Notes under the pieces: model-generated
Told to the model about the DNA's origin: nothing
Seen by the model: only the letters and a program-made list of their open reading frames with translations
The model's database searches: none
In this document: piece by piece, positions 9,146 to 18,196 of the stretch
Layout: each line of letters opens with the position of its first letter
Position numbering within the stretch: the stretch's first letter is position 1
From: an uncultured Actinomycetes bacterium
GTDB taxonomy: Bacteria; Actinomycetota; Thermoleophilia; Solirubrobacterales; Solirubrobacteraceae
Direction of reading: 5' to 3'
NCBI GenBank assembly: GCA_963839905.1
Contig: CAWIXC010000004.1
Span: 12,005-76,004 of the forward strand
Length of the DNA stretch: 64,000 nt
Position numbers and translations under genes: made by a program

Positions 9146-9532
9146 GTGGAGCGACCCCAAATGGTCGATGCACCCGTCTCACCCGTTGTTGCCACCGATG
9201 GCCCGCTGACGGCGGCCATCTCCAACGCCGTCGTCGGCCTGCTGCGTGACTTCACCGGGCGCGGACCGACGCAGGCGCGCACCACGATCGGCTCGGACAC
9301 GATCGTCGTGACGCTGCGCGACAGCCTCACGAAGGCCGAGCGCACCCTGGCCAGCCACGGCCAAGCGATCGAGGTCCTCGCGATGCGCCGCGCCTTTCAG
9401 GAGACGATGCGCGAGGACCTCATCGCGGCCGTCGAGCGCCTGACGATGCGCAAAGTCGAGGCGTTTCTCTCCGACAACCTCCACGAGCCCGACGTCGCGG
9501 TCGAGATCTTCCTGCTGGTCCCGCTCGACTGA
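9146..9532 (+). CDS. DUF2294-family protein
   Basis: 128 aa. ISNAVVGLLRDFTGRGPTQARTTI ... RRAFQETMREDLIAAVERLTMRKVEAFLSDNLHEPDVAVEIFLL matches the DUF2294 pattern. Confidence 0.75.
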   Translation: MERPQMVDAPVSPVVATDGPLTAAISNAVVGLLRDFTGRGPTQARTTIGSDTIVVTLRDSLTKAERTLASHGQAIEVLAMRRAFQETMREDLIAAVERLTMRKVEAFLSDNLHEPDVAVEIFLLVPLD

Positions 9533-9540
9533 GGCCCGGC

Positions 9541-11043
9541 TCAGGCGGCGTGGACGGGGCGCGTCAGCGCCTTGACGAAGTCCTCGAGCTGGCCCGTCGT
9601 CCAGCACTCGAACGCCTGGCAGTGCTGCTCGTAGGTCGCGATCACCGAGTCGCCGTAGTTCCAGTACAGCCGAGGCTCGGGGTTCAGCCAGAACGTGCGC
9701 CCCGCGCGCGCGGCGACCTCGGCGAAGATGTCCGCCCGCGGGTCGCGCCCGTTCGTCCGTGCGTCGCCGAGCACGATGACCGTCGCGCGCGGATGCAGGT
9801 CGTCCTCGACGAGCGCGCGGAACTCCGTCCACACGCGCCCGTAGTCGGTGTAGCCGCTGACGTCCGCGACGCCCGCGTCGCGCCCGATCGCCTCCGAGAC
9901 GGCGCGGAAGTCGCGCTCGCGGTCGAAGACGTCGGTCACCTCGGAGATGCGCTCGATGAAGACGAACGAGCGCATCTTGCGAAACGAGTCGTGCAGTGCG
10001 TGCAGCACCGACAGGAAGAAGACCGACGCGCTCGTGACGCTCGTCGAGACGTCGCACAGGACGTAGATCTCCGGCCGCCGCGGGCGCACCGGCTTGAAGC
10101 GCAGATCGACCGGCACGCCGCCCGTCTGCAGCGACGCGCGCATCGTGCGCCGCACGTCGACGTGCGCGTGGCGGCGGTGCCCGCGGCTCTCCTGCCCCGA
10201 CGTCTTCAGGCGCCGCTTGAGCTGCGCGACGACGCGGTGCACGGCGGCGAGGTCCTGCAGCGGGCCCGACGGCAGCGCGCGGTCGAGCTCGTTCAGCGGG
10301 CGCGAGGGCGGCAGCGTCGCGGTTCGCTCGATCTGGCCGCGCTCGAGCTCGCGGCGCAGCAGGGCCTCGAAGCGGCGCAGCTGCTCGCGCGGAACGCCGT
10401 CGCGGCGCGGGTCGTCGCGGGGCAGCTCGAGCTGGGGCTCGGAGCGCAGCCCGAGCGCGCGGCGGATGCGCTGGACGTCGACGCCGATCACCCCCGAGCC
10501 ATGGCTCGCACGCCCGAACGCCGCGATCGCCAGGCGGGCGAGGTCGCGCATCGCGCTCTCCGAGTCGTCGCGCAGCGCGGCCGCGATCTGCTTGCGCAGC
10601 GTCTCGAGGTCGACCTCGCCGCCCCCGTCGCCGTCCACGCCACCGCCCGCGCCGCCCTCCTTGACGCCCTCGACGATCGCCGCGGCCTCGGTCGCGCGGA
10701 AGAAGAAGCGCTCGAAGACGAGCTCGAACAGGCGCCGGTCCTCCTGGGACTTCGCGAGCGTTGCGGCAAGCGCCTCGCGGAAGCCGTCCGGGTCAGTCCA
10801 CGGGACCTGCTCGAGGACCGCAACGGCATCGAGCAGCTCGGCCGTCCCGCTCTTGACGCCCTCGGCGCGCAGCTCGGCGGCGAACTCGACGAGCCGCGCG
10901 GCGATGCCGCTCTCGCTGGATGTAGACGGGACGCCGATGCCGCGATCATAGGAACCCACGGCGTCCGGCCCCGCGGCGCCGTGCCGGCGCCGCCGCTCGA
11001 CGACGCGTGGCCCCGGCGAGATGCCGGGGCCACGGTCGATCAT
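9541..11043 (-). CDS. VWA domain-containing CoxE-like protein
   Basis: C-terminal 500 codons of ORF 9541..11640. vWA/MIDAS context IYVLCDVSTSVTS ... VIVLGDARTNG ... FWLNPEP, typical of CoxE. Start placed at ATG 11043; an internal GTG near 10960 is also possible. Confidence 0.75.
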   Translation of the reverse strand: MIDRGPGISPGPRVVERRRRHGAAGPDAVGSYDRGIGVPSTSSESGIAARLVEFAAELRAEGVKSGTAELLDAVAVLEQVPWTDPDGFREALAATLAKSQEDRRLFELVFERFFFRATEAAAIVEGVKEGGAGGGVDGDGGGEVDLETLRKQIAAALRDDSESAMRDLARLAIAAFGRASHGSGVIGVDVQRIRRALGLRSEPQLELPRDDPRRDGVPREQLRRFEALLRRELERGQIERTATLPPSRPLNELDRALPSGPLQDLAAVHRVVAQLKRRLKTSGQESRGHRRHAHVDVRRTMRASLQTGGVPVDLRFKPVRPRRPEIYVLCDVSTSVTSASVFFLSVLHALHDSFRKMRSFVFIERISEVTDVFDRERDFRAVSEAIGRDAGVADVSGYTDYGRVWTEFRALVEDDLHPRATVIVLGDARTNGRDPRADIFAEVAARAGRTFWLNPEPRLYWNYGDSVIATYEQHCQAFECWTTGQLEDFVKALTRPVHAA

Positions 11044-11081
11044 CTGGCTGCGATCGTCGCCGATCGCGCTTCGGCTCGGGG

Positions 11082-11567
11082 CTACAGCGTCAGCTTGTAG
11101 TCCGTGCCGAAGTTCGTGAACGACAGCGGCCCGTCGCCGGTGATCACGGCCTCGCCGAGGATGTCGTGCTCGTCGGGCCAGAAGCCCGAGTCCAGGTCGA
11201 CGAGCGTCACACGCTGGCCGACGTTGGCCGGGATGTCGACGTTGAGCACGGCGCCTTCGACAGCGGCGTCGTTGGGAGCGGTCCACCTGGCGAGTCCGTC
11301 GACGCGGATCTCGATGTCGTCGGCGCCCTCCTCGGTCTTCTTGACCTCGAGCTGGTGGAGGTTGACCGGCGTACCCGCCGGCGCCGCCTTCACGCTCGCC
11401 GCGGCGTCCGACGCGGTCGCGGTCGCGGCCACGGCCGGCCCGGCGGATGCCGAGCCCAGCAGCGCGGCGCTGACGCCGAGGACGCCGGCGCGGCGTGCCC
11501 ACTTGCGGGCGGTCATCGGGGCGGGACCCCCGGGCGTGTTGGTACGGATTCGGTTTCGGAACAGCAT
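11082..11567 (-). CDS. Small secreted protein, unknown function
   Basis: ATG 11567 is preceded by AAAGGA. Signal-like N-terminus (RKWARRAGVLGVSAALLGSASAGPAVA). No recognised domain. Confidence 0.55.
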   Translation of the reverse strand: MLFRNRIRTNTPGGPAPMTARKWARRAGVLGVSAALLGSASAGPAVAATATASDAAASVKAAPAGTPVNLHQLEVKKTEEGADDIEIRVDGLARWTAPNDAAVEGAVLNVDIPANVGQRVTLVDLDSGFWPDEHDILGEAVITGDGPLSFTNFGTDYKLTL

Positions 11568-11744
11568 CTGTAGTCCTTTCGTCGTAGGGCGGCACCCGCG
11601 GGAGGTGCTCCATGCACGAAGGAGTGTGCGGCGGCGCCACGGCCCTGTGAACCGGAGAGCCCCCGGGGTCGAGGGCCTCGATCCACTCGATCGCCAGCAG
11701 GGCGGCGGCTGCTGCGTAGACGAACTGCTACGCTCGCCCACGCG

Positions 11745-12008
11745 ATGACCACGATCCCTCAGCGGGAGCTGCGCAACAACGTCTCCGAGATCCTGCGCCG
11801 CGCCGAGGACGGCGAGCGCTTCACGATCACGGTGGCGGGCCGGCCGGTGGCCGAGCTTGGACCGCCGCCGCGCACGGGTCGCGGCACGAGCGCGGCTGAG
11901 CTCTGGCGCCTCCTGCAGGAGAATCCGGTCGATCCCGAGTGGGCCGAGGATCTCAAGCGCATGCGCGAGGAGGACCGCGCGAACGCGGTCGACATATGGG
12001 CGGACTGA
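11745..12008 (+). CDS. Type II antitoxin, Phd/YefM family
   Basis: 87 aa. N-terminus TIPQRELRNNVSEILRRAEDGERFTITVAGRPVAEL is the classic Phd/YefM N-terminus. Its stop overlaps the toxin start (TGATG). Confidence 0.8.
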   Translation: MTTIPQRELRNNVSEILRRAEDGERFTITVAGRPVAELGPPPRTGRGTSAAELWRLLQENPVDPEWAEDLKRMREEDRANAVDIWAD

Positions 12009-12367
12009 TGCGGCTCTTCGACACGAGCGTGCTGGCGGGCCCGACCGACGGCCCGGACCCTGAACTCTCCGGCGGCTGCGCGGTCAGCGTCGTGGCGGTC
12101 GGCGAGCTGTACGCCGGCGTGCTCTTCGGGACGGACGCCAGCCAGCCGGGGAGGCTGCGGCGGCTCGCCCTCGTGCTCTCGGAGGCGACGGTGCTCGAGG
12201 TCGACCGCGCCGTGACGACCGCCTACGGCGATCTTCGCGCCGTGGCCGGCCGCGTCCCGTCGAACGACCTCTGGATCGCCGCAACCGCGCTCGCGCATGA
12301 CCTGACGCTGCTCACCCGCGACAAGCGCCAGGCCGCGCTCCCGCTCGTCAAGACCCAGCTGATCTGA
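12008..12367 (+). CDS. vapC: PIN-domain toxin (VapC-like)
   Basis: MRLFDTSVL... (first acidic PIN residue) ... NDLWIAATALAHDLTLLTRD (C-terminal PIN motif). Start 12008 is coupled to the antitoxin stop; ATG 11996 is an alternative. Confidence 0.75.
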   Translation: MRLFDTSVLAGPTDGPDPELSGGCAVSVVAVGELYAGVLFGTDASQPGRLRRLALVLSEATVLEVDRAVTTAYGDLRAVAGRVPSNDLWIAATALAHDLTLLTRDKRQAALPLVKTQLI

Positions 12368-13255
12368 TCAGGACGCCGCGGCGCGCTGCTCGAGCTTGAC
12401 GCCGACGCGCTCGGCGACGACGTCGAGGTCCGTGCGGTGCTTGACGATCACCGACAGCGTGTCCTCGAACACCGCCCGGTCGATGTCCTGCGCGCCGAGC
12501 AGCAGCAGCGCCCGCGCCCAGTCGATCGACTCCGCGATCGAGGGCGGCTTCTTGAGGTCGAGGTCGCGGACCATGCCGACGATCTCGACGAGCCGGCGGG
12601 CGATCGTCTCCTGCAGCTCGGGCGCGTGCAGGCGCACGATCGCGAGCTCGTGCTCGAGCTCGGGGTAGTCGAGCCACAGGTACAGGCAGCGCCGCTTCAG
12701 CGCCTCGGTCAGCTCGCGCGAGTTGTTGGACGTCAGCAGCACGACCGGGTGCGACCGCGCCTCGATGCGCCCGAGCTCCGGAATCGAGATCTGGAAGTCC
12801 GACAGCAGCTCGAGCAGCATCGCCTCGAACTCCTGGTCGGTCTTGTCGATCTCGTCGATGAGCAGCACGATCGGCAGCTCGGAGGTGATCGCGTCCATGA
12901 GCGGGCGCGACAGCAGGAACTCCTCGCCGAAGATGTCGTCCTGGACCTCGCTCCAGCCGGTGCCGGTCGCCTCGGCCTGGATGCGTAGCAGCTGCTTGCG
13001 GTAGTTCCACTCGTACAGGGCCTTGGCCTCGTCGAGCCCCTCGTAGCACTGCAACCGCACGAGCCTGCGGTCGAGCACCTTCGAAAGCGCCTTCGCCAGC
13101 TCGGTCTTTCCGACGCCGGCGGGGCCCTCCACGAGGATCGGCTTGCCGAGCTTGCACGCCAAAAACGACACGAGCGCGGTCGATGCGGCCGGCAGGTAGC
13201 CCACGTCGCGCAGGCCGTCGGCGACGGCAGCGACGGAATCGGGGACGGCGGCCAT
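12368..13255 (-). CDS. MoxR/CoxD-like AAA+ ATPase
   Basis: Walker A GPAGVGKTELAKA, Walker B VLLIDEIDK, and MoxR-type CYEGLD / LTSNN segments. Start at ATG 13255 (MAAVPDS...). Confidence 0.85.
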   Translation of the reverse strand: MAAVPDSVAAVADGLRDVGYLPAASTALVSFLACKLGKPILVEGPAGVGKTELAKALSKVLDRRLVRLQCYEGLDEAKALYEWNYRKQLLRIQAEATGTGWSEVQDDIFGEEFLLSRPLMDAITSELPIVLLIDEIDKTDQEFEAMLLELLSDFQISIPELGRIEARSHPVVLLTSNNSRELTEALKRRCLYLWLDYPELEHELAIVRLHAPELQETIARRLVEIVGMVRDLDLKKPPSIAESIDWARALLLLGAQDIDRAVFEDTLSVIVKHRTDLDVVAERVGVKLEQRAAAS

Positions 13256-13372
13256 GGACGACGGATGATAGGAACTCGCGGCGGACGCGACGAACGAGCG
13301 CCAACGCGCCAACGGTCGCCGGCGGCGGGAATACGGTCGCGGATCGCGGCGTCACTAGCTTCGAGGGACCCT

Positions 13373-14179
13373 GTGTCTGAAGACCCCGATCGACTCTCCC
13401 CGCAGGACGAGGCCGACCTCGCGGCGCTCGCCGACGGCCGGCTGGACCCAGCGCGGCGCGACGGCGTCCTCGCGCGCGTCGCCGCCGAGCCGGCCCTCGC
13501 CGCCGCGCTCGAGCGCCAGCGTGTGGCTGTCGCGGCGATCACCGCCGCGGCGGGCGAGGTCAGCGCGCCGGTTGCGCTGCGAAGGCGTGTCGAGGCGATG
13601 GAGGCGAAGCGATCCGCGCCGCGGCGCCGGATCGGCGGTGGCCGCTGGCGCGCGTTCGTACCGGCAGCGGGCCTTGCGCTCGCGGCGGTCGTGGCGCTCG
13701 TGCTCGTCTTCGGCGGGACCGGCGGGAGCGGCGGGAGCGGCGGTGTGTCGGTCGACTCGGTGCTGGCGGTCGCGACGCGTCCGCCGGCCGGGGTGGCGGC
13801 GATCGGCGCGCCGGGGCCGCTGCTCGACGAGGAGTTCGAGGGGGTGCGGTATCCGAACTACGCCGCCCGATTCAAGTGGCAGCCCGGTGGCGTACGCGCC
13901 GACGAGGTGAAAAACCGCGCCACGCGCACGGTCTTCTACCGCAAAGGCACGACCACGATCGCGTACACGATCGTCGCCGGAGACGCGCTGCCGGAGCCAT
14001 CGGACGGCGTCGCCACGCGCCGCGAAGGCGTCGAGCTGCGCTCGCTGCGGCGCGACGGGCGAAACGTCGTGACATGGCGGCGCCAGGGCCACACGTGCGT
14101 GCTGTCGGGCGCGGGCGTCTCGCAGGACACGCTGCAAGAGCTCGCGAGCTGGCAGGGCCGCGGGCTCGTGCGGTTCTGA
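13373..14179 (+). CDS. Putative anti-sigma factor / single-pass membrane protein
   Basis: GTG 13373 follows GAGGGA. Anti-sigma-like N-terminus (LSPQDEADLAALADGRLDPARRDGVLARV), one TM helix (AFVPAAGLALAAVVALVLVF), then an extracytoplasmic domain. Lies next to the ECF sigma gene but convergent to it. Confidence 0.5.
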   Translation: MSEDPDRLSPQDEADLAALADGRLDPARRDGVLARVAAEPALAAALERQRVAVAAITAAAGEVSAPVALRRRVEAMEAKRSAPRRRIGGGRWRAFVPAAGLALAAVVALVLVFGGTGGSGGSGGVSVDSVLAVATRPPAGVAAIGAPGPLLDEEFEGVRYPNYAARFKWQPGGVRADEVKNRATRTVFYRKGTTTIAYTIVAGDALPEPSDGVATRREGVELRSLRRDGRNVVTWRRQGHTCVLSGAGVSQDTLQELASWQGRGLVRF

Positions 14180-14683
14180 TCAGCCGCCGAGCTGGCGCGC
14201 GATCTTGCCGCGACCGCGGTGCAGGCGGCTCATGATCGTGCCGACCGGCACGCCCAGCGCGCCCGCGGCCTCGGCGTAGGAGAGCCCAGCGACGTCGACG
14301 GCGGCGAGCACGTCGCGCTGGTCGGCGGGCAGAGCGGCGACCGCCGCCAGCACCTCGCGCGCCGCGAGCACCGCCATCGGCGACTGCGCCGCGGGCGCCT
14401 CGAGGCGCTCGCCGCCGTCGGGCAGCGGCGTCGTGCGCGGCCGCCGCGCCCGCCGGCGCAGCGACGAGACGAACGTGTTGCGCAGGACGCGCATGAGGTA
14501 CGGCAGCGCGTCGTCGTCGGAGCCGATAACGCGCCGCTTGGCGAGCACGCGCGCATAGGTCTCCTGGACGAGGTCCTCGGCGTCCTCGCGTGAGCCCGAC
14601 AGCGCCCATGCCGCGCGAAACAGGCGATCGAGATGGTCCGCGAGCGTCTCGGGGGCGAGGTCGGGGACCATGCCCCGCAGCAT
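14180..14683 (-). CDS. ECF-type RNA polymerase sigma-70 factor
   Basis: Region 2 (AEDLVQETYARVL) and region 4 HTH (LSYAEAAGALGVPVGTIMSRLHRGRGKI). Confidence 0.85.
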   Translation of the reverse strand: MLRGMVPDLAPETLADHLDRLFRAAWALSGSREDAEDLVQETYARVLAKRRVIGSDDDALPYLMRVLRNTFVSSLRRRARRPRTTPLPDGGERLEAPAAQSPMAVLAAREVLAAVAALPADQRDVLAAVDVAGLSYAEAAGALGVPVGTIMSRLHRGRGKIARQLGG

Positions 14684-14734
14684 CGTGCATGGCGGACGCG
14701 GAATAAAGCCGCGGCGGGGGCGTCCTTTGCGTGC

Positions 14735-16564
14735 ATGACCACTACATCACGCATTCCCACCACCATCCGTCGCGGCCTCGCGGTCGCGGCGCTCACAGCC
14801 ACCGGCGCGCTCGCGATGCCGGCGCTGGCGAACGCGAGCTTCGGCTCGGCGATCTCCGGCACGACGGTGACCCTGACCGGCGACGCTGCAGCCGACGCGC
14901 TGACGCTCGCGGACGCCGGCGGCCTGCTCACCCACAACCTCGTCGGCAACGGCTTCAACTCCGCGTCGGACTTCGACAACGTCGCGGCGGGCGACCAGAC
15001 GGTGCCGGCGAACGACACGATCGCGGTCGTCGTCAACGCCGGCGCCGGCGACGACACCGTCACGCTCGCCACCGCGCTGACTGGCTTGGCGACGATCGAC
15101 GGCGAGGCCGGCGACGACCTCATCACCGGCAACAACGACGTCGACGCGCTGCGCGGCGGCGACGGCAACGACCGCGTCGTCGGTGCTCGCGGCAACGACG
15201 ACATGGAGGGCGGCAACGGCAACGACACGCTCGTCTGGAACAACGGCGACGGCTCCGACGTCATGGACGGCGATGCCGGCAACGACGAGGTCGAGGTCAA
15301 CGGCGCGCCGACCCAGGGCGACAACTTCACGATCAACCCCAACGGCGCCCGCGTGCGCTTCGACCGTGTCAACCTCGGCCTGTTCAACCTCGACATCGCC
15401 GCCGAGCGCCTGACGGTCAACGGCCTCGGCGGCGCCGACCAGATGACCGGCGCCGCGGGCCTCGCGCCGCTGATCGCGCTGACGCTCAACGGCGCCACGG
15501 GCACCGACACGATCACCGGCGGCGACGGCGCCGACCTCGTCAACGGCGGCGAGGACGTCGACACGATCGTCGGCGCGGCCGGCGACGATCGCCTCGTCGC
15601 GGACCGCGGCAACGACGTCATCGGCGGCGGCGCGGGGGACGACACGCTCGTCTGGAACAACGGCGACGGCACGGACGTCATGGACGGCGGCGACGGCCTG
15701 GACCGCGTCGAGATCAACGGCGCGGGGGCGGGCGACGCGTTCACGATCGCGCCAAACGGCGCACGCGCCCGCTTCGATCGCACGAACCTCGTGCCGTTCT
15801 CGCTGGACATCGGCACCTCCGAACTGCTCGACGCGCGCGGCCAGGGCGGCGACGACACGTTCAGCGCCGCCGCGGGCAGCGAGGCGCTGCTCGCGCTGCT
15901 CGTGGACGGCGGCGCCGGCAACGACGCGCTGACCGGCTCGAACGGCGGCGACACGCTGCTCGGCGGGTCGGGCAACGACAGCCTCAACGGCGGCGGCGGG
16001 ATCGACCTGCTCGACGGTCAGGCCGGCGACGACGGCCTGCTCGCTCGCGACGGCGGCGGCGACGCCGCCCGCTGCGGCACCGGCACCGACAGCGTCCAGA
16101 CCGACGCGCCGGGCGTAGACGCCATCGAGGGCTGCGAGACGGTGGACGCGACGGTCGTCGCGCCGCCTCCGCCTCCGCCGGCCGCTCCCGTGGCCGACAC
16201 GAAGGCGACCGCCGTGACCGTCGTGACGCGGCGGACGACGCTGCGCTCCTCCCGCGGACGCTTGAGCGGGCGCATCGTCGTCTCGTGCCCGGCGGCCGAG
16301 CGCGGCGGCTGCCGCGGGACGCTCACGCTGCTGAGCGCCGGGAAGGTGAGCATCGGCGGGGTGCAGGCGCGGCTCGTGCTCGGCAGCGCGACGTACTCGC
16401 TGCGCGCCGGTCAGCGGCGGACGCTCACGGTCACGCTCGCGCGTGGCGCGCGCCGGGTGGCACGCCGCGGCGCGATCGCCGCAACCGCGCAGACCGTGAC
16501 GCGCGACGCGGCCGGCAACGTCGCGACCGGGTCGCGCGCGATCAGCCTCCGGCTGCCGCGCTGA
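14735..16564 (+). CDS. Secreted calcium-binding repeat protein (RTX/hemolysin-type GGxGxD repeats)
   Basis: Signal peptide (AVAALTATGALAMPALANA). Many GDDxLxGGxGNDxL-type nonapeptides. An internal roughly 190-aa duplication (GNDTLVWNNGDGSDVMDG... / GDDTLVWNNGDGTDVMDG...). Start ATG 14735 inside track ORF 14633..16564. Confidence 0.8.
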   Translation: MTTTSRIPTTIRRGLAVAALTATGALAMPALANASFGSAISGTTVTLTGDAAADALTLADAGGLLTHNLVGNGFNSASDFDNVAAGDQTVPANDTIAVVVNAGAGDDTVTLATALTGLATIDGEAGDDLITGNNDVDALRGGDGNDRVVGARGNDDMEGGNGNDTLVWNNGDGSDVMDGDAGNDEVEVNGAPTQGDNFTINPNGARVRFDRVNLGLFNLDIAAERLTVNGLGGADQMTGAAGLAPLIALTLNGATGTDTITGGDGADLVNGGEDVDTIVGAAGDDRLVADRGNDVIGGGAGDDTLVWNNGDGTDVMDGGDGLDRVEINGAGAGDAFTIAPNGARARFDRTNLVPFSLDIGTSELLDARGQGGDDTFSAAAGSEALLALLVDGGAGNDALTGSNGGDTLLGGSGNDSLNGGGGIDLLDGQAGDDGLLARDGGGDAARCGTGTDSVQTDAPGVDAIEGCETVDATVVAPPPPPPAAPVADTKATAVTVVTRRTTLRSSRGRLSGRIVVSCPAAERGGCRGTLTLLSAGKVSIGGVQARLVLGSATYSLRAGQRRTLTVTLARGARRVARRGAIAATAQTVTRDAAGNVATGSRAISLRLPR

Positions 16565-16645
16565 GGTCCCATACGCCGGTCGATCGCCCGCCCCGGCGCT
16601 CCGCCGGGGCGGGCGGCGGCGTGCCGGGGCTGATAGGAAGTCGTT

Positions 16646-16882
16646 GTGGCCCTCCTCGTCCTCGTCGCGACGGCGCTGCCCGCGGGACCGGTGGCGGCGA
16701 TCATCGTGCTCGGGGCGCTCGTCGCGCTGGGAGGGCATCTCGCGGGGTCGCGGCGCGTCGTCGCGACCGGCATCGCGATCCTCTTCGCCGGCAGCGTGCT
16801 CATGATCGCCGGGGGGTACCTCGCCTATCGCGACGACCCGGTCGATCCGCGGCCCTGCGCGGAGGCGGGGACGTGCGAGTGA
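16646..16882 (+). CDS. Small membrane protein (hypothetical)
   Basis: 78 aa with GTG start and two predicted TM helices. No homology recognised. Confidence 0.4.
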   Translation: MALLVLVATALPAGPVAAIIVLGALVALGGHLAGSRRVVATGIAILFAGSVLMIAGGYLAYRDDPVDPRPCAEAGTCE

Positions 16883-16920
16883 TGGCACACTGAGCGCACG
16901 CGTCGAATCGAGGAGGCACC

Positions 16921-17421
16921 ATGGGTACCAAGATCAAGCTCGTCATCGGTGTCGCTCTCGTCGCGGTGATCGCGATCGTGGCGGTCACGCTGCTCGTCGG
17001 CGGCGACGACGAAGACGCGAAGTCGGCCGGCGACAAGACGACCAAGTCGGCGGACAAGAGCGACGACAAGAAGTCCGACGATTCGGACGACGGGGCCGAC
17101 ACGAGCGACGAGCCCGAGCTGCGCACGCTCGCCGTCAAGCGCTCGGAGGGCCGCGACGCCGCAGTGAACGTCGGCGCACTGACCCGCGAGCCCGACAAGA
17201 TCGCCCTGCGGGTGAGCGCCGCGCCGAAGCAGAAGGTCACCGTGAACTGGACGCTCGCCTGCGGCGTCGGAGCCACGGCGCAGGGCGACTACGAGGTCAC
17301 GCCACCCGACACCCGCGAGCTCAAGCTGCCCAAGAAGGACCCGCGGACCTGCGTCGCCTCGGCGTCGAGTCAGATCGACGGCGAGGGCCGGCTGAAGCTC
17401 GCGGTCATGCGCGACCGCTGA
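16921..17421 (+). CDS. Membrane-anchored hypothetical protein
   Basis: ATG follows GAGGAGG. N-terminal TM helix, an acidic/Lys-rich linker, then a globular C-terminal part. Confidence 0.65.
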   Translation: MGTKIKLVIGVALVAVIAIVAVTLLVGGDDEDAKSAGDKTTKSADKSDDKKSDDSDDGADTSDEPELRTLAVKRSEGRDAAVNVGALTREPDKIALRVSAAPKQKVTVNWTLACGVGATAQGDYEVTPPDTRELKLPKKDPRTCVASASSQIDGEGRLKLAVMRDR

Positions 17422-17436
17422 TCGCCGCGCGCCTGC

Positions 17437-18126
17437 TTAGCCGCTGCTGATCGTGACGGCGGTCGTCGACGCGATCACCGCGGTCATGACGGCGGCCTGG
17501 GTCGCGTCCACCGTGGCCTGCACGGCCGAGCCGATGCGCGCCGGGTCGTCCGCGATCTCCTTCGCGCGCCGCTTGGCGTCCTTGCGCTCGTCCTTGGCGA
17601 CCACTTTGCCCACGAGGTCCGTGGCGCGCAGCAGGGGTGTGAGCAGCGCCGTGCGCTCGGAGACCTCGGCGGCGCCCGTGAGCTCGGCGCGCAGACGCTC
17701 GCGCAATGCCCGCTCGGGCTCGGGATCGGCCTCAGGCCAGCGGTCGACGCCGAAGAGCCCCAGCACCTTGTGGCGGTCCTCGGACAGCACGCCGCGCTCG
17801 ACGAGCCGCGCGGCCACCCGGCCCTTGATCGGCTTGAGCTTGCCCGGCAGCTTGCCGACCCAATGACGCGCGCTGCGCGGCTTGTCGGAGGTCTGGATGA
17901 TCGTGAGCGCGTCCTCGAGCACGGCGGCCGGCGGCGCCCCGGCGGGTGGCTCGGTGGCCGCGACAAGCTTGCCGTCGTCGTCCTGCACCCAGCCGCCGAC
18001 GGCGAGGTCGAGTAGCAGCGCGCCGGCGAGCGGGGTGTCGGCGGCCATCGTCTTGTCGTGGCCCTTCTCGTCGTCGAGGGCAAGCAGGAGAAACTCCTCG
18101 GCGAGCAGCAGGTCGGTGGAGGTCAT
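17437..18126 (-). CDS. GPP34/GOLPH3-family protein
   Basis: 229 aa. N-terminus LLLAEEFLLLALDDEKG and the overall helical pattern are typical of bacterial GPP34 proteins. Confidence 0.7.
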   Translation of the reverse strand: MTSTDLLLAEEFLLLALDDEKGHDKTMAADTPLAGALLLDLAVGGWVQDDDGKLVAATEPPAGAPPAAVLEDALTIIQTSDKPRSARHWVGKLPGKLKPIKGRVAARLVERGVLSEDRHKVLGLFGVDRWPEADPEPERALRERLRAELTGAAEVSERTALLTPLLRATDLVGKVVAKDERKDAKRRAKEIADDPARIGSAVQATVDATQAAVMTAVIASTTAVTISSG

Positions 18127-18196
18127 CGGTTCGCGTCTCCTTTCGCAGCGACTCTCCCTCCCCGGAGTGTGCCCCGCCGGGGCGGGTGCGGAAACG

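Noticed and set aside
14731-16893. ORFs 14731..16893(+) and 14747..16888(-) (720 and 713 aa)
   Set aside because: They overlap the RTX-like gene in other frames. Their Arg/Asp/Gly-repeat translations are a by-product of the GGxGxD-encoding repeats.
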